Source: Hydrolagus affinis
Lineage: Eukaryota
Assembly: GCA_012026655.1 (NCBI GenBank)
Contig: JAAILG010000946.1
Coordinates: 1 to 64,000, forward strand
Direction of reading: 5' to 3'
Length of the DNA: 64,000 nucleotides
In this document: positions 54,201 through 63,946 of the stretch, piece after piece
Layout of the letters: each line of letters begins with the position of its first letter
How positions within the stretch are numbered: position 1 is the stretch's first letter
Translations under genes and position numbers: made by a program
Notes under the pieces: model-generated
Seen by the model: the letters and a program-made list of their open reading frames with translations, nothing else
Told to the model about the DNA's origin: nothing
Database searches by the model: none

Positions 54201-57200
54201 ATTAGTATTAATTTGTATTTTGTATTAGGTTTGTATTAAGTTAGAGAGGGATATAGTTAAATCCGAGGCAAGTATTTTGAATTTAAATATGGCTAATTCT
54301 GTAGGTATGAGGAAAGATCTGGGTAAAGTAGACTGGAGAATCAAATTAGGAGGTAGAATGGTAGACCAATAGTGGCAAATATTGAAGGATGTAGTACAGA
54401 ATTCATATTCCCCTGCGGAATAAGAGTACCGCAGGGAAAGCAATTCATCCATGGCTAACTGGAGCAGTTAGGGAAAGTATAAAATTAAAAGAAAAAGCCT
54501 ATAAAGCTGCCAAGAAAAGCAGCAGATCTGAGGATTGGGAGGGTTTTAAGAACCAACAAAAAATAACTAAAAAGCTCATTAAGAGTGAAAAAATGGAGTA
54601 AGAGGGCAAGTTAGCTAGGAACATTAAGTCAGATTGCAAAAGTTTTTATAAATATATTAAGAGGAATAGGCTAGTGAGAGTAAATGTAGGTCCACTTCAG
54701 GCAAAGACGGGAGAAGTTGTAATGGGGGATAGTGATATGGTGGAGTCCCTAAATGAATACTTTGCGTCTGTCTTCACCCTAGAAGACACAACAAGTCTGC
54801 CAACAATAGGGATATACCAAGGGGTAAATGACAGGAAGCAACTTAGGGAAATCTTCATTAGCAGAGAATTGGTTCTAGGAAAACGGTTTACACTAAAAAT
54901 TGATAATGGCTTGTATCCCAGGGTCTTAAAAGAGGTAGCTTATGAGATAGTGGGGGCCTTGTGTCTGATCTTCCAAAATTCCATGGATTCTGGAACAGTC
55001 CCCATGGATTGGAAGATCGCAAATGTCATACCACTATTTAAAAAGAGTGGAAAGGAAAAGATGGGAAACTATAGGCCAGTTAGTCTGATATCAGTGATAG
55101 GAAAAATTTTAGAATCCTTGATTAAGGATGTTTTAGTGGGGTATTTAGGGGAGCACAATATAATTAGGTCAAGTCAACATGGCTTTACAAAAGGGAAGTC
55201 ATGTTTGACAAATCTCATAGAATTTTTTGAGGATATTTTGAGTAAAATAGATAGGGGTGAATCAGTGAATGTAGTCTATTTGGACTTCCAGAAGGCATTC
55301 GATAAGGTGCCTCATAAAAGGTTGATCTAAAAGATAGGCGCCACGGAATTGGGGGGAACATATTACCATGGATTAGGGAATGGTTAACAGGTAGGAAACA
55401 AAGAGTAGGGATAAACGGGTCCTTCTCAGATTGGTGAGATGTGACTAGTGGAGTGCCACAAGGATTGCCATTAGTGGATGTCCTTATACACCAAACACAG
55501 AAAGTTAGTATGCAGGTGCAGCAGGTAATTAGGAAGGCTAGTGGTATGTTAGCTTTCAGTATGAAAGGGTTAGAGTATAAGAGTAAGGAAGTCTTGCTGC
55601 AGCTGTATTGGACACTGGTGAGACCACACCTGGAATACTGTGTGCAGTTTTGCTCTCCTTATTTAAGAAAGGATGTACTTGCCTTGAAGGGAGTGCAGTT
55701 TAGGTTTACTAGGTTAGAACCTGGAATGAGGGGAATGAGTTACGATGATAGATTGATTAATTTGGGCCTATATTCTCTGGAATATAGAAGAATTAGAGGG
55801 GATCTTATAGAAACCTATAAGATTATTAAGGGGCACGACAAAGTAGATAGTGGGAGATTGTTTCCCCTGGTTAGAGAATTTAAAACCAGGGGTCACAGTC
55901 TTAAAGTTAGGGGTCAGCCCTTTCACACTGAGTTGAGAAAAAACTTCTTCACTCAGAGGGTGGTGAATGTATGGAATTCTTTACCCTAAAGAGCTGTTGA
56001 TGCTCAGTCCTTGAACATATTCAAGACTGAACTGGATAGATTTCTCCTTTATAAAGGGATTAAGGGATATGGGGATAAGGCAGGTAGCTGGAGTTAGAGT
56101 AGAATATCAGCCATAATTGAATGGCGGGGCAGGCTCGATGGGCCAAATGGCCTACTCCTGCTCCTATTTCTTATGTTTTTATGTTCTTATTAGCTGATGT
56201 GGCAGGTCTGAAACCCGATTAACTCGACTACTGTGATGCTCCATGTATTTCCTCTCTTTGATGTTTGGAGGACATCGAACATATTGTCCTCCCATTGTGA
56301 AAAGTGCTATATAAATGCAAATCTGCATTGCACTGCTTTCTATTTTTTCTACAGTGCTGAACAGGCAGGCTGCTGCAAGTGGAATGAGAATGCAGTTGCC
56401 GCCCTTAGCCTGCGAACATACTCAATTAGCACCAAGTGCCACAGCAAAACAACCGCAACAACTTGCATTCACATAGTCAGCTCACCACTTGTCCAGAAAA
56501 CATCTTACCACATTGTCCTCTGATAAGCCAGGCTCATGTTTTGTACAAAATGGGCCAGTTTTCCAGGCTTCCACATCTCCACAGTCACAAAGCCCTCCTC
56601 CATAAGAACAGTTCATCTGGAATACATGGAAGCAAACAATGTTAATCTTTACCGCAACGACCAGTTTGTGTTGTGTTCGTAAAAACATAGGAAAGCCCAA
56701 CATCACAGTAGTTATTGAAGAATAGCAATGCCCCAACACTAAAACGCAGCATGTGGAATCACACCTATATCTCTCACAAAGTAACTTGGTGAACTTAGCT
56801 TCTAATCTGTTATTAGATAGGGTAGGAGGGAAATTGGAATGGCAAGTCTCCATCAGGATGTTTTATACAAGATTGTCAAATGTAGGGATGTAGCTGGTCA
56901 TGACTATCAAGCTATAAAAGTGTAATTTGGTTGTTATATCACTCTGTTTTCAGAGAAGCATAGCTAAACAATGGTCGGTTTGAGAGAGTGGACCTTGCCC
57001 AGAACTTACAGCAAAAAGTGGCCCAGTAAAATTAGATGGTTAGTTGTAGCTGTTAAAAGGCTCTGACAAATGGACACTGTCAAAGCAACTGCTCAGTCCT
57101 CAGGAGTTATGTATGCTACATGGCAGTGAGAACTCGATCATTTGCTTACCAGAGCACTGTTCAGAATAATTTTGAATAAATAATAAAAATAATAATCCTT

Positions 57201-60200
57201 GCATTTAATATAACACTTTTCAGATCTTCTAGATGTCTCATAGCGCTTCACAGAATATACTGTAAAGTGAATTGACTGCATATTTGTGGATGAAATGCAG
57301 AAGCCAATTGCGCAGAGGTGTGCCACAAACAGTCATGGATTGAAGTGACCAATTCTTTTTTACGTTGAACTGTGAGTCACAAGGTGATCTGCTGATAACC
57401 AGATGCAGGCCTGCTATTTCTCAAACTGTGATCAGATTATATGTCACTTACAGCATGAGACAGTTAGTCCAAAACAGTAAAAGGCCATTGCTGCCAACTC
57501 AGAAATCAGTTATAGCAACAAAATCAGAGGGCCTAAGGTTAGAAGTGACCATCATTGATGCTGTAATGCGAGGGCAGGAGGGTGAGTATTCTGTAAGGAC
57601 AAGATGATAATAATAATAACAATCCTTGCATTTGATATAGTGCTTTTCACGTCTTCTGACTTTAAAGTGAATTGACTGTATTTGTGGTGCAAAACGCAGT
57701 AGCCAATTGTGCACAGCAGTGTCCCACAAACAGTCATGGATTGAAATGACCAATTTACTATTGTTTTTTTCTAAGGGATTATAATCAGGCGTGTGGAGTA
57801 AGGAAAATTGCCCATGGTTTCGATCTGCCTGGAATTAAACCCAAGTCTCTCGCTCGCAAGGCGAGTGCTCAAACCACTGAGTGACAGGACTCCACAATCA
57901 AGTTGACTTTAGGGTCTTCTTCATTCAAACCAATTGAGTGATCTTGTGACTTCAATTTCCTAGCAATCACAGTAGTGAAAGTCAAATCATCAAAAGCTCA
58001 GTTTTGGCTGAAGATCAGGCTATTATCTGTCTAAACCAGTTAATGAAGGAGAAATAATTAAAACAAAATACTGTTGCTGTTTATAACAGTGTGTACATCT
58101 GTGCACACAGGATATTTAAAAACATTCTTTGTTGCTTTCTGCCAGACATAGATGAACAGTGATACCATTCAGACAGTGAAGTTAGGAGGAATGAGATGAG
58201 CCTCGACAGGTAGATATGCTTTTAGCTGTCATTTTCTCAGCCCTGGAACAACTGCTGATGCAAACCAACCACAATGGGGGATTTTCTGTTTTATATTCAA
58301 AACAGTGTATTAACTTGAACAAATTTGTACTTTTGACAAATGTTGTACACACAAGTGAAAATAATCACAATATATCCCAGGATTGAAATTTGTTTCACAA
58401 ACATTAAACCAAGTTCTGCCTTTAAATCCCAAAACAGGAAGTAGTACCTTGTATCGATGGTTTCTGTGAACACTGCTTTGGAAACAGTCCATGCACAACA
58501 CACATGTGGGATCTATTGCACAGTCTCTGTAATTAGTGAAACATATTGTTAGAATTGGATACTTATTTCTTAATCATAAATCACCAAAATTACAGCACTG
58601 AAGGAGGCAACTTAGTCTACTGAGCAGCTGCAATCTTACTCACTGGACTTAGATCAGACTCTCGCACTTCTAATATCAACTTCTGGTCTACAGCATGAGA
58701 GGGGGTGAGGGGGAAAGAACCACAATTTACATCAGTACCTGTGGGATGGATAGGGGAAGAAACTACTCCAATTCCTTATNNNNNNNNNNNNNNNNNNNNN
58801 NNNNNNNNNNNNNNNNNNNNNNNNNNNNNNNNNNNNNNNNNNNNNNNNNNNNNNNNNNNNNNNNNNNNNNNNNNNNNNNTGGAGGTTTGGGAGGAAGATG
58901 ATCAAAATTGGTCCAAATATCTTTTGGAAGTAATGTTACTCATGTTAGTGTCTCAATTACAATTCGCCACACACCGAAGAGCTGACTCAGCATAACTGTA
59001 ATTAGAAAACAGCACAGCTCTGTTCTTGGCTCAAAGATAAAATATTATGATTATGCCTGAATGAGTTTCCCACAGAGTCCTGGATAATAAAGTGTGAGGC
59101 CCCTTCTGCAACTTGACAGGATAAATGTGAAAACAATTACTGCAGTGATTTTTTCCCGTTTTACAGGAAAGCTTTATTACAACACCTTTGTTGGGAAAAA
59201 CAGGTTTAGACATAATATGTGTCTGTATGTGTCATTCTACATCCAAATGTAACAACCAAGTGTATAAACATAGGGAAAGTACGTATTTTCGGCCAGGACC
59301 AGACTACATTCCGCTGGGAACGACTGGAGTATGGAACCCTCACCCCGGTTGATAAGAAAAGATAGATACTCCATCATCTTCAAGATAGGATAGAGAACTT
59401 TATCCCACTGAATCAATCTATAGTGAGGGTCAAAGTCTGGGAAAAAGAGTATAATTGGAGAAGTTTTGAGGTAGGAAAAGTAGAGAATGAGGCTCGAGGA
59501 GAAGGTAAGGGTGCAGTGGTTCCAGCTGTGAGTATAGGGGAGTGGACCTCTTCACGACTTCTCAGCTGAGGGCAGTGTGAACCTGGTAGTATATCTATAT
59601 ATAATCTGTGTGACTTGATTATGCTCATTACCTCATTATTATATCTTAAGACGATTACCTTGTATTCTAATTACAGTATCTAATAACTATATTTGAAATC
59701 TATGATTTATACCTATATCAAACATTAAACTTACTTATACCTATAAGGATTGTTGGGTCATCATTGGAACTCTCGGAATCGAAAATCCCAACACCTGTTA
59801 CAGTACAAAACTAACATGGTCAACTGAGTTGTATGTTTTCCTTTTGGAAAACGAAAGTCTGGGCAAATCATTGGAGCACGACTATGCTGGGGCACAGCAG
59901 CAGGAGGATCTTGATGCATTTAGGTTCCCAGCAATAGCTACATTGCTCTGAGTTGCCAATTGAAAGTCAGCTGCTTTCCACATAGGAGAAGAAACAAATT
60001 GGAAGTCACTCGTGCGTGCTGCATTAATGATCAACTTACAGTAGCAATGGAAAAGACTTTGCAGGTTTGTAATAATTCGATGTCAATGGTTGACTGGGAG
60101 AAGACAGGTTTTCAATTCTGAAGTTACGGCGATCCTAGCTAGGCAAATACCATATTTTATGGTTATCATTATTGATATTTATTCACACAATGAGGTTGTA

Positions 60201-63110
60201 GGGACTTCTTTAAGTTTGAAATGAAAATACAAATGCTCTGAAATGGCAATCACCCAACACTGCACCTATCTAACAGGCCAGATTGACCTTATAGAAACAC
60301 AGGAACAAGTGAGTCATCAACTCTTAGTGCCTAGGTTGCATGAAGTATATGGCAAAACTTTTACTTTCCCCCACCCCACCTTTTTCCATACCGCTTAACA
60401 ATATCAGTTCACCTACAAAACAAACAGCAACTCCATTTCATAAAATCGAGTTGTCTTCCTGATGTGAAAAGCGCTATATCAAATGTAGGCAATTATTTAT
60501 TGCTCTCATCTAACTATTTATCTCTTGCACACATATACCTCAATCTTCTCTGTATCCATGGCCTTCTGAGGCAGTCCATTCCACATCCTCAAAAACCTTT
60601 GCATAAGGACACATTGTCTGAACACCCCTTTCATCAACTCATCTGTACTTTTAAGTTTCCCCCACTCCCCACCCATACCATCTTTGATTCCCAACTAAAG
60701 TCACGAATTGTTCCCCATTTACTTTGTTACTTGTTTTCATTATAAGGGATATAAATCCCAAAGAAGTTTTTCAATGGAAATGTGCAATCAGACCAAACAC
60801 GGATTGCAGAGAAGAAAACAATCAGTCACTGGCTTGTTGAGGCACATAGAGGAGTAACTATTTGAAAAATAAAAACAGCACCTACTCACTACAAACTTCC
60901 AGGAATAAAGGTTTCCTTTGAAACATTGATTCATTGACATGATATAGGAAATACAGGATCAGGAAGAGGCAATAATATGAATGACTATAGGCATAGTTGA
61001 AAGATGTAGGTTTCAAATTTGGGTTGATAGATATGAGGGGTCCAGGCAGATGGATGGAGGCAGGGATTTCCACAGATTAGGGACGTAAAGGCATGGAGGG
61101 AGCAGGGGACACACAGAGATCTGTACTAGCTGATCAAAGAGTAGCAAAGAAGTGGAGTATGAGCAGCTCAGAGATAGAGTGGTGATTAAGCCTGAAAACA
61201 GTTCTGTTAATTCAAACGCCCCATTCTTTCACAATTGTCCTTAATACTTCTACCACCCAGGGCACAGTGACAGGAAATGGATTAGGAGGGAAGAGAAGGA
61301 AGTCACAAACAGGAGCTAAATTGATCAGTGGAGCGGATCAAAGATTCACTTCCCTTAACCCTCTGTAACTGTTCTCACTGCTCCTTTTTAATACTAGTAT
61401 TATTAGACTGAGATTTTAACACAGAATCAAATCTAGCTGTAGAAAAAAACTATATACTGTAATAATCATCATCATACATGTTACTGATCAGATGAATGGT
61501 TAAATACTTAAATCCAACACATATTGCAGCAATAAGTTTCTAAGAATGTTTATATGTTCGCCCCTCCCTTGTGGTTGTCACTAGCCTGACCACTAAGTTT
61601 CTAAGATTTGAAACTCCCTGTGATTATCACATTGGGATTTCCTGCAGTCTTTTACTTGCATTTAGACAGCTTGACAGAGAGGTCAGTTGCAATTGCCAAT
61701 TGCTAGTTTGTTGCTTTTCCTGTTACTGTACTAATTCTTTATGGATTGTTTCAAATATTTCTCTCCCTTCTGTGGGTGTATTCATTTTACTAATTCAGAA
61801 GAACTGGTTCTTCCTGAACCGGCAACAACATCCTATATACAGCAGATCTGCAGATCGATAATAACTTTTAAAAGAGAGGTGGGTGATTATTTGGGGAGGA
61901 CAAGTTTGCGGGGTTATGGGGAGAGAGCCGGGAAGTAGGATTGACTTTGAATAGCTCTTTTCACAGACACAATGGGCCAAAAGGCCTCCTTTTGTGTTGT
62001 AAAATTCAATGATTCTATCATTCGGGATGGCTGTTTCCTATAATTCCCAAAGCGTTCCAAAAAGTCAAAACAATTTTGTAGCTTTCTGCTGTCAAACTAG
62101 ATCACAAATACGGCAACATGTTACATTAAGTGAGAAATTTAAAATTTGTATAAAAAATATTATAATTATTGAATTAGCAGAACTTGATTTTGCAAAGTCC
62201 TCTCACTTATACAAAAATTAGGCTAGAAAATACATTGTTGCATAAACATCTTTAAACAAAGTCTACTTTTGCACAATTGATACAACTCCCTAGCATCAAT
62301 CTTTTAAATTCACAGGTTCCTTTGCACAACTAACATCAGGAAAAAAAATGTCATATTACCAAACAAAATTAAGAAACTAAATGAAAGATCTAATGTTCTC
62401 TGAACATTTTCTTTGCTGCAATAAGGCTACCTCTGTTCACAAAGGCAATTAGCACTGGTAGAGGTAGCGTTGTTTTACTTAGTCAGAATATATTGCCACC
62501 AGGGAGGTTGGGAGTAGGATGATACCAGAAGGCACACTCGAAGCGGAAGGTCTTAAGCCTTGAAGGAGGCAAAGGAAGGGGTGAGGCGAAGGGACTGTGG
62601 GATGGAGTTCCTATGGGTGGCAATAGAAAGGCTGAAGGTCCGTTCGCTGATGGTGGGGAGGATAGGGTTGTGGACATGCAGCAGGCAGAGGGAGCGGGTG
62701 CAAGTTTCGCAAAGATATGACTACAACAGGGGTCGTATTGTAACATTTATTACAGACATAAATAAGAACACAATTGAAGGTTGAAGAAACAACAGGGCTT
62801 TAAAAAAAACAGCAAACAAAATGAGCAGAAACACCTTACAGTCTGACCCTTACCGGCAGGAATATGTAGTCTCTCCGCCTTTGAAAACACGACCGCAAAG
62901 TTGTGAAGAGCTTTTGTTTTCTTGCAGCTTTGCAAACCCGGCCTCTGGAGTTTCTCCAAACAGGAACCACTCCATGGTTCTGAGCAGCATTTGATGTCCC
63001 TGCTCCTCCTCAGGACACTTGGCATCTGACACAACGCAACGAATCGAAGGGACATATTGGGATAGGTGCTGATACACGACTGAGCGCAAGTCAACAGCTT
63101 CCTGCCAGCT
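21067..63110 (-). CDS. UBR1: E3 ubiquitin-protein ligase UBR1 (N-recognin 1), exons 2-47; 5' end outside the window
   Basis: 46 exons splice into one open frame (5172 nt including TGA) encoding the UBR box, ClpS-like N domain, RING-H2 and C-terminal Cys-rich region. [17 protein letters not shown] and ILSFGV resemble UBR1 more than UBR2; exon sizes and phases match human UBR1 as recalled. Confidence 0.9.
21925..22026 (-). CDS. UBR1: UBR1 exon 46
   Basis: [34 protein letters not shown]; AG/GT boundaries. Confidence 0.92.
22100..22230 (-). mobile_element. CR1 LINE 3' tail fragment
   Basis: CATAAGAACAAGGAGCAGGAGTAGGCCATT is the reverse of the CR1 tail at ~56145-56190. Confidence 0.7.
22589..22759 (-). 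CDS. UBR1: UBR1 exon 45
   Basis: [39 protein letters not shown]. Confidence 0.92.
23044..23121 (-). CDS. UBR1: UBR1 exon 44
   Basis: [25 protein letters not shown]. Confidence 0.9.
   Translation of the reverse strand, partial: VSKGKKTVDGASRRLQLSSKSGFPI
23598..23654 (-). CDS. UBR1: UBR1 exon 43
   Basis: [18 protein letters not shown]. Confidence 0.88.
24182..24290 (-). CDS. UBR1: UBR1 exon 42
   Basis: [36 protein letters not shown]. Confidence 0.9.
24815..24948 (-). CDS. UBR1: UBR1 exon 41
   Basis: [44 protein letters not shown]. Confidence 0.9.
25320..25460 (-). mobile_element. SINE 3' half
   Basis: Near-consensus tail and body. Confidence 0.75.
25516..25603 (-). CDS. UBR1: UBR1 exon 40
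   Basis: [29 protein letters not shown]. Confidence 0.88.
25705..25855 (-). CDS. UBR1: UBR1 exon 39
   Basis: [50 protein letters not shown]. Confidence 0.92.
26041..26108 (-). CDS. UBR1: UBR1 exon 38
   Basis: [22 protein letters not shown]. Confidence 0.88.
26160..26310 (+). mobile_element. SINE 3' half
   Basis: GTGAAGCGCTTTAAGACATCTAGAAG..AGGATTATTATTA tail. Confidence 0.7.
27610..27706 (-). CDS. UBR1: UBR1 exon 37
   Basis: [32 protein letters not shown]. Confidence 0.9.
27923..27978 (-). CDS. UBR1: UBR1 exon 36
   Basis: [18 protein letters not shown]. Confidence 0.9.
28662..28810 (-). CDS. UBR1: UBR1 exon 35
   Basis: [49 protein letters not shown]. Confidence 0.92.
29731..29818 (-). 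CDS. UBR1: UBR1 exon 34
   Basis: [28 protein letters not shown]. Confidence 0.85.
29970..30067 (-). CDS. UBR1: UBR1 exon 33
   Basis: [32 protein letters not shown]. Confidence 0.88.
30905..31028. mobile_element. Penelope-like fragment folded into a 33-bp-stem hairpin
   Basis: Arms at 30952-30984 and 30996-31028 with 2 mismatches; same repeat family as 8311-8400 and 52050-52130. Confidence 0.7.
31046..31198 (-). CDS. UBR1: UBR1 exon 32 (RING-H2 end)
   Basis: [50 protein letters not shown]. Confidence 0.93.
31650..31930 (-). mobile_element. SINE copy (longer variant)
   Basis: Tail, body and central segment as at 15230-15590. Confidence 0.65.
32074..32167 (-). CDS. UBR1: UBR1 exon 31 (RING-H2)
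   Basis: [31 protein letters not shown]. Confidence 0.93.
32994..33199 (-). CDS. UBR1: UBR1 exon 30 (RING-H2 start)
   Basis: [41 protein letters not shown]. Confidence 0.92.
33467..33648 (-). CDS. UBR1: UBR1 exon 29 (basic-rich E2-binding region)
   Basis: [43 protein letters not shown]. Confidence 0.92.
33762..33842 (-). CDS. UBR1: UBR1 exon 28
   Basis: [27 protein letters not shown]. Confidence 0.88.
34356..34465 (-). CDS. UBR1: UBR1 exon 27
   Basis: [36 protein letters not shown]. Confidence 0.88.
35279..35381 (-). CDS. UBR1: UBR1 exon 26
   Basis: [34 protein letters not shown]. Confidence 0.9.
35582..35736 (-). CDS. UBR1: UBR1 exon 25
   Basis: [51 protein letters not shown]. Confidence 0.92.
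35931..36263. mobile_element. Tc1/mariner (Tigger-like) non-autonomous DNA transposon (MITE)
   Basis: TIRs CAGTAAAACATTGATACTCC / GGATTATCAAGGTTTTACTG, flanked by TA on both sides. Confidence 0.75.
36768..36816 (-). CDS. UBR1: UBR1 exon 24
   Basis: [16 protein letters not shown]. Confidence 0.9.
37172..37274 (-). CDS. UBR1: UBR1 exon 23
   Basis: [34 protein letters not shown]. Confidence 0.92.
37640..37692 (-). CDS. UBR1: UBR1 exon 22
   Basis: [18 protein letters not shown]. Confidence 0.92.
38156..38280 (-). CDS. UBR1: UBR1 exon 21
   Basis: [41 protein letters not shown]. Confidence 0.92.
39215..39278 (-). CDS. UBR1: UBR1 exon 20
   Basis: [21 protein letters not shown]. Confidence 0.9.
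40471..40572 (-). CDS. UBR1: UBR1 exon 19
   Basis: [34 protein letters not shown]. Confidence 0.92.
40690..40779. repeat. 27-bp minisatellite, ~3.3 copies
   Basis: TTCCCCACTCTGATCCCCTTTCCTCCC-like units starting at 40690, 40717, 40744 and 40771. Confidence 0.7.
40981..41046 (-). CDS. UBR1: UBR1 exon 18
   Basis: [22 protein letters not shown]. Confidence 0.9.
42359..42469 (-). CDS. UBR1: UBR1 exon 17
   Basis: [37 protein letters not shown]. Confidence 0.93.
42575..42636 (-). CDS. UBR1: UBR1 exon 16
   Basis: [20 protein letters not shown]. Confidence 0.88.
42945..43128 (-). CDS. UBR1: UBR1 exon 15
   Basis: [43 protein letters not shown]. Confidence 0.92.
44010..44660 (-). mobile_element. 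L2-clade LINE 3' fragment (RT C-terminus plus (GTT)n tail)
   Basis: [61 protein letters not shown] is typical of the end of L2 ORF2. Confidence 0.88.
44801..44929 (-). CDS. UBR1: UBR1 exon 14
   Basis: [43 protein letters not shown]. Confidence 0.93.
45741..45840 (-). CDS. UBR1: UBR1 exon 13
   Basis: [33 protein letters not shown]. Confidence 0.92.
46025..46277. mobile_element. Old Tigger-like MITE relic
   Basis: Degenerate TIRs CACTCGAAGCTGCTTAAGCTGGACA / TGTCCAGCTAAAGTGGCTTCCACTG. Confidence 0.45.
46506..46660 (-). CDS. UBR1: UBR1 exon 12
   Basis: [52 protein letters not shown]. Confidence 0.9.
46945..47350 (-). mobile_element. Degenerate L2-like fragment
   Basis: Similar to 44030-44520; related relics at ~13790-14050, 30250-30500 and 62500-62720. 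Confidence 0.5.
47424..47522 (-). CDS. UBR1: UBR1 exon 11
   Basis: [33 protein letters not shown]. Confidence 0.93.
47709..48091. mobile_element. Tc1/mariner (Tigger/pogo-like) MITE
   Basis: TIRs CAGGTACCCCGCCCAACCG / CAGTTGGGGAGGGGTACCTG with a TA target duplication at 47707-47708 and 48092-48093. Confidence 0.8.
48682..48770 (-). CDS. UBR1: UBR1 exon 10
   Basis: [29 protein letters not shown]. Confidence 0.92.
48957..49064 (-). CDS. UBR1: UBR1 exon 9
   Basis: [35 protein letters not shown]. Confidence 0.92.
49694..49817 (-). CDS. UBR1: UBR1 exon 8 (GC donor)
   Basis: [41 protein letters not shown]; ends CAG|GCAAGT; 124 nt keeps the frame. Confidence 0.88.
50850..51168 (-). mobile_element. 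Near full-length tRNA-derived SINE
   Basis: Head GGAGTCCTGTAGCTCAGTGGTTAGAGCACTCGCCTTACAAGCGTGAGACCTGTGTTCGAATCCAGG (A and B boxes), body and tail. Confidence 0.85.
51431..51493 (-). CDS. UBR1: UBR1 exon 7
   Basis: [21 protein letters not shown]. Confidence 0.9.
51645..51783 (-). CDS. UBR1: UBR1 exon 6 (ClpS-like N domain)
   Basis: [46 protein letters not shown]. Confidence 0.93.
51995..52132 (+). mobile_element. Penelope-like terminal repeat with a degenerate minimal hammerhead ribozyme motif
   Basis: CTGATGA-AGGATCGTGCACCC-GAAACATT at 52000-52028 followed by GATGCTGCCTGACCT..TTCCCAGCATCTGCGG. Confidence 0.6.
52341..52471 (-). CDS. UBR1: UBR1 exon 5
   Basis: [44 protein letters not shown]. 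Confidence 0.92.
54230..56190 (+). mobile_element. 5'-truncated, internally deleted CR1 LINE (reverse transcriptase pseudogene)
   Basis: ORF fragments [48 protein letters not shown] and [26 protein letters not shown]; in-frame stops; tail GGCCTACTCCTGCTCCTATTTCTTATG. Confidence 0.92.
56509..56616 (-). CDS. UBR1: UBR1 exon 4 (UBR box)
   Basis: [36 protein letters not shown]. Confidence 0.93.
57180..57355 (-). mobile_element. SINE 3' half
   Basis: Consensus tail and body. Confidence 0.75.
57603..57893 (-). mobile_element. tRNA-derived SINE copy
   Basis: Tail, body and head ending at GGACTCC. Confidence 0.8.
58448..58526 (-). CDS. UBR1: UBR1 exon 3 (UBR box)
   Basis: [26 protein letters not shown]. 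Confidence 0.94.
58780..58879. other. Assembly gap (100 N) in UBR1 intron 2
   Basis: Run of exactly 100 N, usually a placeholder for unknown length. Confidence 0.98.
62854..63110 (-). CDS. UBR1: UBR1 exon 2
   Basis: [51 protein letters not shown]; 257 nt; ACAG| acceptor and |GTAAGG donor. Confidence 0.93.
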
Positions 63111-63492
63111 CTGTGTAAAGAAAGGAAACTGCATTAGTAGCTGCCACTGCTACTTGTAATAATAGATAAATACTACTTCTTCCAATACTATCTCATCTAC
63201 TTAAAATAATTGTGGTAGACAACTTTCAGTTCAGCGATAATGAACCCATAGCAGAAATCTGTGGTTAGCAGACTAATCCACAGAATTTGTCATTGATACA
63301 GTTTTCAATTTGATAGCAAAGCAATTTTACAAAATAAAATAGATATCAAAACTCCTCAACAAACAGTAAAAGAACTGGGCCATTCAGCCCATTAATTGCG
63401 CTCTGGCAAAACTTTACTCTTTCGTATCCCATTTCTCAGTCTTTTCTCCATACCCCTTAATACCCTGATTTCCCAAGTAACAACACATTTTA

Positions 63493-63946
63493 GTGTCCTG
63501 CAGCATTTGGTTAGAGCACTCGCCTCACAAGCAAGAGGACCCATTTTTGATTCCTAGGCAGGACAAAACTTAGGCGCCTTAGGACATCCTCCCGAAGTGA
63601 AAGGCACTACACATGTAATACAAATGTAATTTTGTTGTTGTTGTTTTTGTTGTGGTAGGCAAGTTTCCTTACACCAGATGATGTTGTATACTTAGCAATA
63701 AGTAGAAACCCAGTAGCTTGTCGACTGACAGATCGCTTTCCAAGGTTAATGATCCCTTCAAAAAATTCAAAAAAAGAAATTAACCAATACCGGTAATTAT
63801 TTCGAAATAATTTGATCCACAAACAATTGCAAGCCATGTTTCACTCACAAAATATACAGCCAATTCTGTGAAACACTTTTGAAGCACTTTTGAGATGTCT
63901 CGATGATGTGACAAGGCACTATCACATACAAGGATTATTATTATTG
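63493..63946 (+). mobile_element. SINE (long variant) interrupted by an 80-bp L2 3' tail insertion
   Basis: Head at ~63493-63575, insert at 63576-63655 flanked by a TAGGC duplication, body resuming at AAGTTTCCTTAC. Confidence 0.75.

Noticed and set aside
21067-63110. Assignment as UBR2, with the neighbour as PRPH2
   Set aside because: Diagnostic residues, exon sizes and the rds2-type N-terminus of the neighbour favour UBR1/PRPH2L; a phylogeny would settle it.
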